A stretch of DNA of 64,000 bases, taken from the human T2T-CHM13v2.0 reference genome, Homo sapiens. The stretch is from NCBI RefSeq assembly GCF_009914755.1, contig NC_060943.1. One strand, given 5' to 3'. Shown piece by piece: positions 18,209 to 48,698 of this stretch. A program made the translations under genes and the position numbers. The notes under the pieces are model-generated. The model was not told where the DNA came from. It worked only from the letters and a program-made list of their open reading frames with translations, and did no database searches. The stretch's first letter is position 1. Each line of letters begins with the position of its first letter.

Positions 18209-18714
18209 TGATAGATATTCAACCTACAAATAGGAAAGTATATCTAGTATAAAGGTACAGCTCAAAAATTGTCCCAAACCAAACACATTTATGATTTGTG
18301 TAATCAGGTCCCTGAACTCATCAAGAAAAATAATATTTCTGCTTCCCCCACCACCCACAAAGTCACCCTGATCCTCCCCCTTGGTCTCTAACTTTCCCAT
18401 GGTTAAGCACTGGCCCGATTTCTGTCTTCATAAATTAGTACAGGGCACAGTGGCTGACATCTGTAACCCCAGCACTTTCGGAGGCTGAAGCAGAAGGATC
18501 ACTTGAGGCCAGGAGTTAAAGATCCGCCTGGGCAACACAGTGAGACCCAAAACGTGAACATATGTTTATCTCAAACATAAATAACAAAGTAAATTAATCA
18601 ATCAGTACTGCCCACTGTGAACTACATTACACTAAATCCCATAATGACAGGCTTTTTGTCCTCAACATAAAGCTTGTAAGATTCATCTGTGTTGTTAAAT
18701 GTTTTTGTAGGTTG

Positions 18715-20384
<1,670 letters not shown>

Positions 20385-20388
20385 TGTT

Positions 20389-20793
<405 letters not shown>

Positions 20794-21213
20794 TCATACC
20801 TATATTCCCAGCATTTTGGGAAGCTGAGGTGGGAGGATCACTTGAGGCCAGGAGTTCAAGAGCAACCTGAATAACATCATAAAACCCCATCTTGGCCGGG
20901 CACAGTGGCTCATGTCTGTAATTGCAGCACTTTGGGAGGCCAAGGCAGGTGAATCACCTGAGGTCAGGAGTTTGAGACCAGCCTGGCCAACATGATGAAA
21001 CCCCGACTCTACTAAAAATACAAAAATTAGCCAGGTGTGGTGGTGCACACCTGTTATCCTGGCTACTCAGGCGGCTGAAGCAGGAGAATCACTTGAACCC
21101 CAGAGGCAGAAGCTGCAGTGAGCCAGGATCACCCTGCTGCACTCCAGCCTGGGCAACTGAGTGAGACTCTATCTTTAAAAAAAAGAAAAAGAAAAAAACG
21201 TATGTTGGAATCA

Positions 21214-21942
<729 letters not shown>

Positions 21943-22056
21943 CCCTGTTGTCCATGTAGGTTTTCTTTTTTTTCATTCCTGTTTCCACCCATTCTAGTGT
22001 GGATGTTCATTTCAATTAGTTCCAGTTCTGGGCTCTTACAAATAAAACCGATATGA

Positions 22057-27370
<5,314 letters not shown>

Positions 27371-30009
27371 TGGAGGGAGTTGTGTGTTGCCTGGCAGGTC
27401 CACGGGGGACAGAGATCCCTCCTACCCACCTGTTTCCCCCCAGTTCTGTGCCAGTGGGGTCAGCGGGGAGATCAGGAGAAGGAGCTGCTGGTGGGTTCAG
27501 TTGCTTTCGAGGTGCTGGGGACAGGTGGCTGCAGGGAGAGTGAGTGAACTGTGGGGTGGACCAATACAAGGGCCACCCTGTGGGGTAGTTTGGGGGCCTA
27601 TCTGGGTTCAGGGAACCTCCACAGCCCCGTCCCTGCCTCCCAGAGCAGCAGGTACCTGCCTGGGGACAGCAGGCAGCCAGGCGGGAGCTGGGGGGTTGGG
27701 GAATCCAGCTACTCTCTCATCCAGTCCCAGCTACTGCTGCTGGCCAAGGCTGTGACCTTTCTCCCAGATCCTGGAGCTGAGTAACAGTTACTGGAAAAAT
27801 AAGTTGGCCATCTGGGGGTGGCCACAGCCCCATCCTCTTGGGTCCCCAGCCTGGCTGCTAGAAGTGAGGGTACCAGGGCTGGGCTGTCTGTCCCATACAA
27901 CAGTACCATAGCCACCGGTGTGACCAGACCAGGTACCTCCTCCCCGTCACACTCTATCCCCACCATGCCACACTTCCCCCACTGCAGGGGCCTGAAATGA
28001 CAGCCCCACTCCCATACCCGGACACCAAGGAAGGCGTGATGGGTGGGTGGAGAAAGAGTCCCGGGCATCCCTGGCAGCCCTGAATGTTTCCTCTGGCCCC
28101 AGTCTCAGAGACGCCCATGCCTGGGAAGAGCAAGTCAGCAACTTGGCCCAGAAGGAGACTTTGACAGCGAGGAGGGCTGCATTTGAATTTCAGCTCTGTC
28201 ACTTTTTTTGCAGGGTGACTGAGCAGGTCACTCCTTTTCTCTGGGCCTCAGTTTCCCCCTCTGGAAAAATGGGAATAATGAAGCACCCTCCTGGCCGGTT
28301 TCGCAATGCTCAAATGCAATATGGTTGTGCTGAGTGCAAAGCGTGGTCCTGAGAGGGCACTCAATACACATGAACGATTCAGCCCTAAGTTCTCGAAATA
28401 TGTTCAAGGTACCCGCTGCGGGTCTAGCTCTGTCCTAGACACAGGAGATCCAGCAGCAAACAAAAGTGACACTGACACCTGTCCTTCTCGAGGGTTTGGG
28501 ACTCCAGGGAGAGACACAAACCGTGAATTAAAATGTTAACGTTCAAGAAGGATGAATGCTATAAAGAGAAATGAAACTATCGTTAGATCTTATTATTGTT
28601 GTGACTGTTACTGTTGATACCCAATTGATCGTGATTATAGCCCTGATTCCAGCTTCCACAGTTATTGGAGGCATGCAATTATTTAGCACCAACTGTGTAC
28701 CAGGCTCCAAATACCTATAGCCCCACAAAATCATTTCCCAGAAGAGAAACCAAGGTCTCAGGTCTGTCCAAGATTGTGAGCTGGTTGTGCAGGGCAGGCC
28801 TGGGAGTGGATCTGCCAGATGGCATGATTCCCGGACCTGCCCCCACCTCCCAGGGGGAGCTGGCATCCTCCCAGCTGGACCTGGCCCCCCCTTGGAGCTT
28901 CCCCAACCTGGGGATACAGAAGGGCCCCCACGGGGAGGGAGGCAGCCAGGGCAGGCAGTGGCACAGAGCAAGGAGGGAGCAGGGCGTCTGCCACCCGCCC
29001 CCACGGCTGCCTGGGAAACGCCACGGCCTAATCCTGGCTCAAGAGGACACGTTGTACCAGAGATTATATAAACCGACCTCTCCCTTTGTTTGTTTAATTC
29101 TTTCAGGCTTTTTCCCTCATCCTTCTCTCTTTAATCGCTCTGCCAACAGGGCTGGGGGTGGGGTGCTCCGGGCTAGGCCTCTTCCAGGAGGGAGGGGGCT
29201 GCATACCCAGCACCCCCCACTCTGGTCATACCCCTACCTGGTTTCCCAGCCACCCAGGCCCGCTCCTCCCCCAGTCACACACACCAAGTCCTGCCGGTGG
29301 CAGGGGTGTGGGGCTGGACAGGCTTGGCCAGTGGAGTGAGTCTGAGAGGCCAAGGCCAAGGGCACTGAGTCAGGCTCGGACTCTGCTGGGCCCCTAGGAT
29401 GTGGCCTCTCCACTTGGCACTCAGCTTCCTCTTCCAAAAAAATGGGATCCCTGTGGTCCCAACCCCCAGGTTGTTGAGAACACGCCCATGCAAGGAGTGA
29501 GCATGGCCCATGGTGGATGCCGGGTGAGAGCCGCTGCCTGCTCCCAGCCCACACTACAGACACCCAGGGAACAGTTTCGCCCTCAGACTGGCCCTGGAGC
29601 ACCGTGACTGTGGTGGCCAATTGGGCCTCCGAGATGTCCACGATGCCTGGTGGGTGCTCTGATGTGGAACACTGGGCACCATCACCCAGAGAGGGCAACC
29701 AGGGGTGTCTGGCTTTGTGCTCACCCACCGCTGACCCCGAGCCTGGCCCTGGCCCTCACCAAGACCCAGTATTTCCATCTGTGTCCTGGGGAGGCCAACA
29801 TGAACCTCCCCACCATCAGGGCAGTCCACCCACAGAGGGGCCTGGGTTCCCATCCTGACCCCCTCCTTTACCACCTCTGCCACCCTGTGCTGCTTGGTTG
29901 CTCTGTGCCTCAGTTTCTCCATCTGTAAAGTGGGGATCATCATAGCAGTCAGACCCCCCAAGAGGATTAATCGTGTTAATCCTTATAATGCATTTATTCT
30001 TAATTTATA

Positions 30010-35815
<5,806 letters not shown>

Positions 35816-35826
35816 CTAGATTTCTG

Positions 35827-36058
35827 CAGCTGGCTTCTCAGCACTGTGGACATCCGGGCCAGATCGGCATGTGTGTGTTGGGGAATGTGCTGTGCATGGC
35901 GGGAGGTTTCGCAACATCCCTGCCTCCACCTACTGCATGCTAGCAGCAACTCCCCCCACCCACCCACCCACCCCTGTCCCAGTCATAACAACCAAAAATG
36001 TCCCCAGACATTGCCAAGTGTCCCCTGGGGGGCAGAATTACCCCGTTGAGAACCACTG
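35827..36058. mobile_element. MER20 (hAT-Charlie)
   Basis: ACAACCAAAAATGTCCCCAGACATTGCCAAGTGTCCCCTGGGGGGC...GAGAACCACTG. Confidence 0.85.
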
Positions 36059-36903
36059 CCCGGCATCGCGGTTACTGTTCAAAGTTCCCTTTTAGCAGAA
36101 GAGAATAAAGGCTCAGAGAGGGGCAGGTCTAGCGCAGGGTCACACAGCACAGTGGGGTGGAGCCACCTTCTGTGCTGGGCATGACTCCGGGCACAGCCGA
36201 GCCGAGGTGGGGGCCAACAACCCCTACCATGCCAGGGTTCCAGGAACTGCCAGCAGGGGCCCAGGCCATGCCACTGTTGCAAAATCTGAGGGCGGCATAC
36301 CGGCAAGCCTGAGCAGTTGCCACGGCCTCAGCCCCACGGGCACCGCCAGGAAAGAAAAATGCAACTTACTCCTGGGCACCGGGACAACCGGTGGAACCTC
36401 AGGCGTGGGACGGCTGCCGGAAAGCAGGGCCCAATCAGAGACAGCTGCCTTGCTGTGTGGCCTATCAGAAGATGGCTGCATATGTCCTGGCCAATGAGAA
36501 TGCCCCAGTGAGGAAGGCCACGCCCCCCCAAGTGAAGCCCATTGGCCCCATGAAAGGGCTTGAGGTGGGTCCCTTTGGTCCTAAAATTTCTTCTTCACTC
36601 TGTTGGTTGCAGACACAGGTCAGCTGAGGCTTCCTGATGTGTGGGCACTGAGGGTCGATCTGGGAGAGCAACCTTCTCAGAGGTGTAACCCCCAGACTGT
36701 TACCACTTAACCAGAGCCAGGATTCTCCTTAACATTTCAATGTCACTTATTAAACCTTTATACATTTATTTATTAAATAGAGACAGGGGTCTCGCTATGT
36801 TGCCCAGGCTGGCCTCGAACTCCTGGCCTCAGGTGGAATTCCCACCTTGGCCTCAAATTCCCAAAGTGCTGGAATTATGGGTGCGAGCCACCACGACCGG
36901 CCT

Positions 36904-37230
36904 CATTAAACATTTATTGAGCACCTGCTATGTGCTGGTCACTGAGGATGTGAAGATGAACAAGGTGGCTGTAGAGAAACAGCCACATTGGAGGAAGGGC
37001 ATTCCAAGCAGAGGGAACAGCCCATGCAAACAGCCTGGGGCAGGACGGCACCTGATGTGCTGGAGGAACAGCGAGGAGGCCCGTGTGGCTGCAGCGGAGG
37101 GAGGAGAGGGAGAGAGGGAGGAGGCGAGGGCAGGGAGGGACAGGGTGGGTCAGGCAGGGCTTTGTAGCCCTCGGGGAGGACTCTGTCGCCTGGAGGGCAG
37201 TGAGGAGCCATGGAGGGCTTTAGGCAGTGG
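36904..37230 (-). mobile_element. L2-derived repeat, copy D
   Basis: CATTTATTGAGCACCTGCTATGTGC L2 3' end plus the shared block. Confidence 0.75.
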
Positions 37231-37399
37231 AGAGATGTGATGTGGGACTAGAGCCAGGTCCTTTCCCTCTCTGAGCCTCAGTCTCCTCATCCGTCAAATG
37301 GGGGAATGAGAATGCCTACCTGGGGGCCGGATGCAGGGGGGAGGGAAGGACCCTGCACAGTGGCCGGCACATGGCAGGTACACAGCTCCCACCAAGGTC

Positions 37400-38195
37400 C
37401 AGCCCTGTCATAGCCCGCCTGGACCTGTGCCGTCCCCTCCGCCTGGATGCTCCCACTCCCACCCTCGCCCCTCCACGGCCTGTCCTCCCTGAAGCAGCCA
37501 GAGGGTGCCTGTGAGCACCCAAGTCAGGGCCCATCCCTCCTCTGCCCGCAGCCTTCCATGGCTCCCACCTCCCTCAGGATCAAAGCCCAAGTCCTCCTTG
37601 CAGCCTACGAGGCCCTGCACAACCTGTTCTGTCCCCTCCCTGCCCTCCCCTCCCCGCTTACTCCTTGTCGCTCACTCTGCTCCAGCCACACAGGCCTCCT
37701 TGCTGTTCCTCCAACACGCCAGGTGCCATCCTGCCCCAGGGCCTTTGCACAGACCTGAAACGCTCTTCCCCCCCCCCGCCCCCCCCTCCCGCCGCCCGGC
37801 TCCCCATGGCTCCTCCCTTGCCTCCTTCAATTCTCAGCTTCTTAAAATTGCACCCTTGGCCAGGCGTAGTAGCTCACGCCTGTAATCTCAACAGTTTGGG
37901 AGGCCAAGGGGGACGGATCACCTGAGGTCAGGAGTTCGAGGCCAGCCTGGCCAACATGGCGAAACCCCATGTCTACTAAAAATACAAAAAATTAGCTGGG
38001 CATGGTGGTGGGTGCCTAAAATCCAGCTACTGGGAAGCTGAGGCAGAATTGCTTGAACCCAGGAGGCGGAGGTTGCAGTGAACTGACATTGTACCATTGC
38101 ACTCCAGCCTGGGTGACAGTACGAGACTCTGTCTCAAAAAAAAGAACAGGGCCTGGCACACAGCAGGTGCTCAATAAATGCGGGTGCATGAATTG
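37400..38195 (+). mobile_element. L2-derived repeat, copy E (interrupted by the Alu at 37858-38146)
   Basis: Shared block at 37500-37752 and L2 3' end CCTGGCACACAGCAGGTGCTCAATAAATG. Confidence 0.75.
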
Positions 38196-40696
38196 CTGAA
38201 AGGCGGCTGCCATTATCCTTACCCCTCCATGTTCCAGATCAGTCCCTGTCCCCCTTTTTGCCCTCCTTCTCCCACTCCAGCCACCCTCCCCAGCCCTGGG
38301 GGAACCCCAGAGGTCCTTTGGGTGGGAGAGGGAGGAGCAGGTAGGACCAGCCACCTCCAGCAGCCTTCAGCCCCTCGTCACACCGACGGCCAAGCAGGAG
38401 TCCTGGTGCTTTTCTTCTTGAATCAGAGGAGGGGGCATAAGCCCGGCAGTGGCCACGCTTGTGTAGGGGGAACTTCATGCCACACGGTTGCCTGAGCTCA
38501 GTTCTGGCCAGGGGCTGTCCTGTGGGATGGCTTCCCTGGAGGTGGTGGGGATGGTTCTACGTGGGTGGGTGCAGAAATGCCGTGGGGTCCCGACCCCACA
38601 CTCAACCTGTAAGCCCAGCTCAGACCATCTTGGTGGGGGTGGTAGGCAAGGCCCTGGCGAGCCCCCTCTTTCCCTATTTCTGGCCCAGGGTCCCCGCCTT
38701 TAGCTCTGGACTCCACCAGCAAAACCCCAACGCCACGAGGTTTTCAACGATGAACAGATGGTCACAGGCGGTGGGGGTGGGGGCTGAGCTGAGTCTGAGG
38801 GGACCCAGGGTCTCTGGAGCAGTCCTGCTGCCCTCCCAGTGGGGAAACTGAGACAGGGAGCCCCCTCCGTGCCCCTGTGCCTGGGGCTGGGAAACCGGTG
38901 CCATCCTCGGAAGATCCCCAGAGCGGCCACGTCATAGTTGGCGAGGGCAGCTCCGGGGAGGGCGAGGACCGGGCCCACTGCCATGTCCAATTCCTCCCGG
39001 GAGCGGTGGGGGAAGGAGAGGCAGTGCTTTTTTTTGTCTCCCCTGCATCCTCACCCCCACCAACTCCGCGACAGAATCAAAAAGAGGAGAGAGAGAGCTG
39101 TTGGCAGGAAGAAGGAATTGGAGCCAAGCCGAGGCTGGGCTCACCCTGAAAAATCACACTCTGGGCGGGAAGAGAGGACAGAGGCTCTTCCACCCCCTTT
39201 CCAGCATTTTGCAAAGGCGGAAAGGGGGTGGCCCACTCAAAGGGCATCAGACGTGGCCTTCACGGCCCGCAGCTGGCAGCTGCCACCTCTCCCACGAGTG
39301 GCTTGACAGGCTTTCTACCTCCAGACCTCAGCTTGGGCCGTCCTCTCCTCCTGGAATGCCTTCCTCATCCACCTCAGTCTCCTCCCAGGCACCACCTGGG
39401 ATCTGGACTTCAAGTCCCATGGACCTACAAGGCCAAGAAGGGTCGCGTTGCATCCTAAGGCCAAAATAAACCCCAAAAGCAGTAATATGTAATCGATCTT
39501 TATTTAAATATTGGTACTTCATTCATTCTGGATCTTCTGCAATCACTTTTATTCTTAGAAAGTTTGTGTTAAAACATGAGTTATCAGTTGGGTACGGTGG
39601 CCCCACCCACCCAGCACCCAGTGTCAACCCAGCACTTTGGGAGGCCAAGGCAGGAGGATCACTTGAGGCCAGGAGTTCAAGACTAGCCTGGGAAACATAG
39701 CAAGACCCCATCTCTACAAAAATTTAAAAATTAGGCAGGGCGCAGTGACTCATGACTGTAATCCCACCATTTTGGGAGGCCGAGGCAGGCGGATCACTTG
39801 AGTTCAGGAGTTCGAGACCAGCCTGGCCAACATGGCGAAACCCCGTCTCTACTAAAAATACAAAAATTAACCGGGTGTGGTGGCGGGCGCCTGTAATCCC
39901 AGCTACTCAGGGGGCAGGAGAATAGCTTGAACCCAGAGGCGGAGGTTGCAGTGAGCCAAGATCGCACCACTGCATTCCAGCCTGGGAGACAGAGCTAGAC
40001 TCCATCTCAAAAAAACAACAAAACAAAAAAAGAGAGAGAGAAAATAAAATAAAATAACTCCAGGGAGGGGCAAGGGCTATGCGTATCTGAACTCTGTCCC
40101 AGCCCATGGAGCTGCGCAGGGACGGAGGGGCCCCAGGCACAGTGGGGCCGGCTGCACTAACCTGGTCATCAGTCTTTGCTCCGGGAGCTTCAGCACTGAG
40201 TTTTCAGGGAAGGCATGGCTGCCTGGGTTCCTTCCTAGTGCCGGAGCCCGCTCTCAGGGGCATGACCCCAGCAGATCCAGCCACGCCAGCGGTCCCATTG
40301 TGTGACCTTGGATAACCCCTTTCCTTCATCTGACGCCTCCTCTATCAAACGAGGTAATAAGGGCTCCCCTGCCTGGCCTGGGGCTGTCTGTGCATGAAAT
40401 GGGATAATTGCCGGAACCCGGCCTGGCTACCGGAGCTGTTATTAAGGCTGCAGAGCTACCTGTGGGCCTCAATTTCCTCATCCATAAAATGGGCTTAATC
40501 ATACCTGCTGCTGTTAACCTCTCAGGGCTCTGGAGGATCAAGGGGCACTGAGGATGCCTTGCAGAGGAAACGTCTGAAGGCCGAGCAAATTCTGCAAAAG
40601 TGGCCTCAGTGGCTTTTCTTGTGAGGTTGCCTTCCCCCCACCCTCAATTTGTATAACGTCCCCTGCAGAAGTGTGGAGAAAGAGGAAAAAATATAA

Positions 40697-41397
<701 letters not shown>

Positions 41398-41614
41398 TGA
41401 GCCACTGTGCCTGGCCATCCCTCACTTTCTTTTCCTGCTCTTTTTTGCTGCTAAGATATAGAAGGTAGAGCCATTGGGGCTTAAGGAGATGGGCTTTATG
41501 AGTCAACTTGCCCAAATTCAAATCCCAGACTTAACGCTGGCTGTGTGGCATTGAGGAAGTGCCTCAAGTTCTCTGTGCCTCAGCTTCCTCATCTGTAGAC
41601 TGGGAATGATACTG

Positions 41615-41646
41615 TTAGGTTGGTGCCAAAGTAATTGCAGTTTTTG
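41615..41646. mobile_element. MADE1 (mariner) half element
   Basis: TTAGGTTGGTGCCAAAGTAATTGCAGTTTTTG, close to one arm of MADE1. Confidence 0.7.
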
Positions 41647-41723
41647 GTCAGGCACGGTGGCTCACGCCTGTAATCCCAGCACTTTGAGAGGCCGAGGTGG
41701 TGAATCACAAGGTCAGGAGTTCA

Positions 41724-41942
<219 letters not shown>

Positions 41943-42429
41943 TTATTATTTGGTAGAGATGGGGTTTTCCCATGTTGGCCAGGCTGGTCTCAAACTCCTG
42001 GCCTCAAGTCATCTGAACGCCTTGGCCTAGTTTTGGTATTTTTATTAGAGACGAGGTTTCACCATGTTGGCCAGGCTGGTCGCGAACTCCTGACCTCAAG
42101 TGATCTGCCCGCCTTGGCCTCTTAAAATTTTTACTTTTTTTTAGTGATGAGGTCTGCCTCTGTTGCCCAGGCTGGAGTGCAGTGGTGTCATCAGCTCACT
42201 GGAGGCTCAGCCTCCCTGGGCTCAAGTGATCCTCCCTCCTCAGCCTTCTGAGTAGCTGGGACTAGGGGTGCGCTCCACACACACAGCTAATTTTGAAATT
42301 TTTTGTAAAGATGGGATCTCTCTAGGTTGCCCAGGCTGATCTCAAACTCCTGGGCTCTAGCGATCCTCCTGCTTCAGCCTCCCAAAGTGCTAAAATTACA
42401 ACTATGAGCCACCCTGCTCGGTTTTGTTT

Positions 42430-42679
42430 TTTTACATTGTTTAGTGGTAGAAAGAAGTCAAAAGAATACTTTGTGACACGTGAAAAGTACATGTGATTCA
42501 CATTTCAGTGTGTGTAAAGTTTGATTGGCACACAGCCACGTTTATTCATGACCATGCCGTCTATGGCAGCTTTTGTGCACTAGGGCACAGCCAAGCAGGT
42601 GCAATGGGGATGATATGTCCTGCAAAGATGAAAATATTTACTCTCTGGCTCTTTACAGAAAAAGTTTGCCCACCCCTGA
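42430..42679. mobile_element. MER58B-like DNA transposon end
   Basis: AAAATATTTACTCTCTGGCTCTTTACAGAAAAAGTTTGCCCACCCCTG terminus. Confidence 0.75.
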
Positions 42680-42931
42680 GTTAATGTATCATGAGCACTT
42701 TGAACAATGCTGGGCACAAAATGTGCTTGGGATTGTTATTCAAAATGTGTTTCAGGTCGGGCGTGGTGGTTCACGCCTGTAATCCCAGCACTTTGGGAGA
42801 CTGAAGAGGGCAGATCACCTGAGGTCAGGAGTTCAAGACCAGCCTGGCTGACACGGTGAAACCCATTTTAATCTCTACTAAAAATACAAAAATTAGCCAG
42901 GTGTGGTGGTGCGTGCCTGTAATCCCAGCTA

Positions 42932-43039
<108 letters not shown>

Positions 43040-43509
43040 TCAAAAAAAAAAAAAAATGTGTTTCAGGCTGGGCGAGGTGGCTCATGACTGTAAACCCAAC
43101 ACTTTGGGAAGCCAAGATGAGAGGATCGTTTGAGCCCTGGAGTTCAAGACCACCTTGGGCCACAGAGCAGATACCACCTCCACAAAAAAATTTTAAAAAA
43201 TTAGCCAGTTGTGGTGGTGCACTCCTGTGTAGCCCCAGCTGCTCAGGAGGCTGAGGTAGGAGATCCCTTGAGCCCAGGAGGACAAGGCTGCAGTGAACTA
43301 TTATTGCACCACTGCACTCCAGCCTGGGTGACAGAGCAAGACCCTGTGTCAAAAAAGAAATGTACAAAGGTTAAAAAAATATATATGGTTGGCCGGGCGC
43401 GGTGGCTCACGCCTATAATCCCAACACTTTGGGAGGCCGAGGCAGGCGGATAATGAGATCAGGAGATCGAGACCATCCTGGCTAACACGGTGAAACCCCA
43501 TTTCTACTA

Positions 43510-43653
<144 letters not shown>

Positions 43654-44249
43654 CTACAGAGCTAGACTCTGTCTCCAAAAAAAAAAAAATATATATGGTT
43701 CACACAAAAATTATATCCTATGTTGTTCTCTATAAACATCCCATCATATTATGTCTCCCAGACCACTGACAATTTTTGGAAGCCTCACTCTGCCATCTCG
43801 TGAAATGTCCTCCACAGTCCCCTACTGTTGGACACTTAAGCTGTTCCCAGTTGCTAAGACGGAGCTGCAGGGACAGCCTCGCGTTTTAAGCTAGATTTGC
43901 TTTTATGTAACAATTACTTCTACATCATTCACTATGTGTTAAGTCCTATCTCTGGGCACTTTGCAAATATCAACTTATTTCATGCTCACTCCAACTCCCA
44001 TAAACTCCCCATTTTGCAGATGGGAAAACGGAGGTTCTGTAGGTTGAAGTGACTTGCCCAGGGTCACACTACCAGGATATGAACTCAGGCTGGACAGGTC
44101 CTGTCAGTGCCCTGAGACGCCCTTTTCCTTCCCTACGGTAGAGACCCAGGAGCTAAATCACTCTGTCAAAGGGGAACAAAAATTCTTGCCAGACATGGTG
44201 GCTCACACCTGTCATCCCAGCACTTTGGGAGGCCAAGACGGGTGAGTTA

Positions 44250-44612
<363 letters not shown>

Positions 44613-44747
44613 TTAATTAATTAGTTAATTAATTTTTTGAGACAGAGTTTTGCCTCGTCGCCCAGGCTAGAGCGCAATGGCATGATCTCGGCTCACTGAA
44701 ACCTCTGCCTCCCAGGTTCAAGCGATTCTCCTGTCTCAGCCCCCTGA

Positions 44748-45221
<474 letters not shown>

Positions 45222-46435
45222 TAGCCAGAAGCAAATATTCATATAAAAGTTCCTCCATGAGGCCGGATGTGGTGGCTCACACCTGTGATCCCAGCACTTT
45301 GGGAGGCTGAGGCGGGCAGATCACCTGAGGTCAGGAGTTTGAAACCAGCTTGACCAACATGGCGAAATCCCATCTCGACTAAAAATACAAAAATTAGCCG
45401 GGTGTGATGGCGGGTGCCTGTAATCCCAGCTACTCAGGACGCTGAGGCAGGAGAATCGCTTGAACCTGGGAGGCAGAGGTTGCAGTGAGCCTAGATCGGG
45501 CCATTGCACTCCAGCCTGGGCGACAGAGTGAGACTCTGTCCCAAAAAAATACATAAAAGCTCCTCCAGGAAGGTTCCCAGCAACTTTGTGAGAGTCCAGG
45601 ACAGCATAACACCCCCTCTGCCATATCTAATCGTAGGTCAATGGGCAAGCAAAGCATCATACATCCATACAGTTCAATCCCCATCCCCAGTAAAAGAATG
45701 CACAGTCATACACAGAATCACATGAACAAATCTCAGATAATGATGCCGAGTGAAAGACACCGGACACTAAGAATGCTGCTGGCCCCAGCTATGCTCATCT
45801 GCTTCCTTATTGCCTGTGGCTGCTTTTGAGCTGCAGTGGCAGAGTTGACGAGTGAGTTGCTTTGGATAGTTAGTAACTCTCCAGGCCTCAGTTTCTGCAT
45901 CTGCAAAATGGGGGTGACTGCTGGGCATGGTAGCTCATGCCTGTGTTTCCAGTGCTTTGGGAAGCTGAGGCAGGAGGGTTGCTGGAGCCCAGGAGTTCTT
46001 TTGAGACCATCCTGGGCAACACAGGGAGACCCTATGTCTACAATTTTTTCGAGACAGAGTCTTGCTCTGTTGCCCAGGCTGGAGTGTAGTGGGGTGATCT
46101 CAGCTCTCTGTAACCTCCGCCTCCTGGGTTCAAGCAATTCTCCTGCCTTAGCCTCCCAAGTAGCTGTGATTACAGGCGCCTGCCACCACCACCACGCCTG
46201 GCTAATTTTTGTATTTTTAGTAGAGATGGGGTTTCACCATGTTGGCCAGGCTGGTCTTGAACTCCTGACCTCAGGTGATCCACCTGCCTCAGCCTCCCAA
46301 AGTACTGAGATTACAGGTGTGAGCCACCATGCCTGGCCTACAAATCTTTTTTTTTTTTTTTTTTTTTTTTTTTTAGCCAGGAGTGGTGACACACCTGTGG
46401 TCCCAATGGCTCAGGAGTCTGAAGTGGGAGGATCA

Positions 46436-46537
<102 letters not shown>

Positions 46538-46749
46538 TTATTATATATGTACATATAATATATAATACATATATGAGATTTTTGAAAATTATGTTGTTTT
46601 AGAGATGGAGTCTCACTGAGTTGCCTAGGCTGGAGTGCAGTAGCATTCATAGCCATGATCACAGCACACTACAGCCTGGAACTCCCGGGCTCAGGTGATC
46701 CTCCTGCCTCAGCCTCCTGAATAGCTGGGACTACAGGCCTCGCCGCTGA

Positions 46750-46914
<165 letters not shown>

Positions 46915-47207
46915 TGACCTCAAGTGATCTGCCCGCCTCAGCCTCCCAAGGTGCTAGTATTATAGGCATGAGCCACTGTGCCCGGCCGTTTTTGCCTTTT
47001 GCATAGCACAGTCATAAATATCCTGGGTCATGTTTCCTGTGGATATTTATCTAGGAGAGCAAAGGCTATGTTACTTGGTGCATGCATGTTCAGCATTGTG
47101 GCTGATGTCAGTCTGTCTTCCAGAGAGACTGCAGTGTGGAAGAGCTTTGTGTATCCATGGCTTCTGACACTTGCTATTACTGGACATTTTAAACTAGGGG
47201 GCAGTGA

Positions 47208-47575
<368 letters not shown>

Positions 47576-47854
47576 TGATCCGCCTGCCTCGGCCTCCCAA
47601 AGTGCTGGGATTACAGGCCTGAGCCACTGCACCTGGCCTGCACATTTTTCTTTTGAGTGGTTGTCATTTTCTTATTGGAACTTCATTCTTTTTTTTTTTT
47701 TAAGAGATGGGGGGGCGGTCTCACTATATTGCCCAGGCTGGTTTCGAACTGCTGGCCTCAAATGATCCTCTTGCCTCACCCTTCTGAGTAAGGAACTTGA
47801 TTCTTCTTAAAAGACTGTATGAGATTCCATTGGAAGGTTTTCCTATTCTTTACG

Positions 47855-48323
<469 letters not shown>

Positions 48324-48326
48324 TGA

Positions 48327-48698
<372 letters not shown>

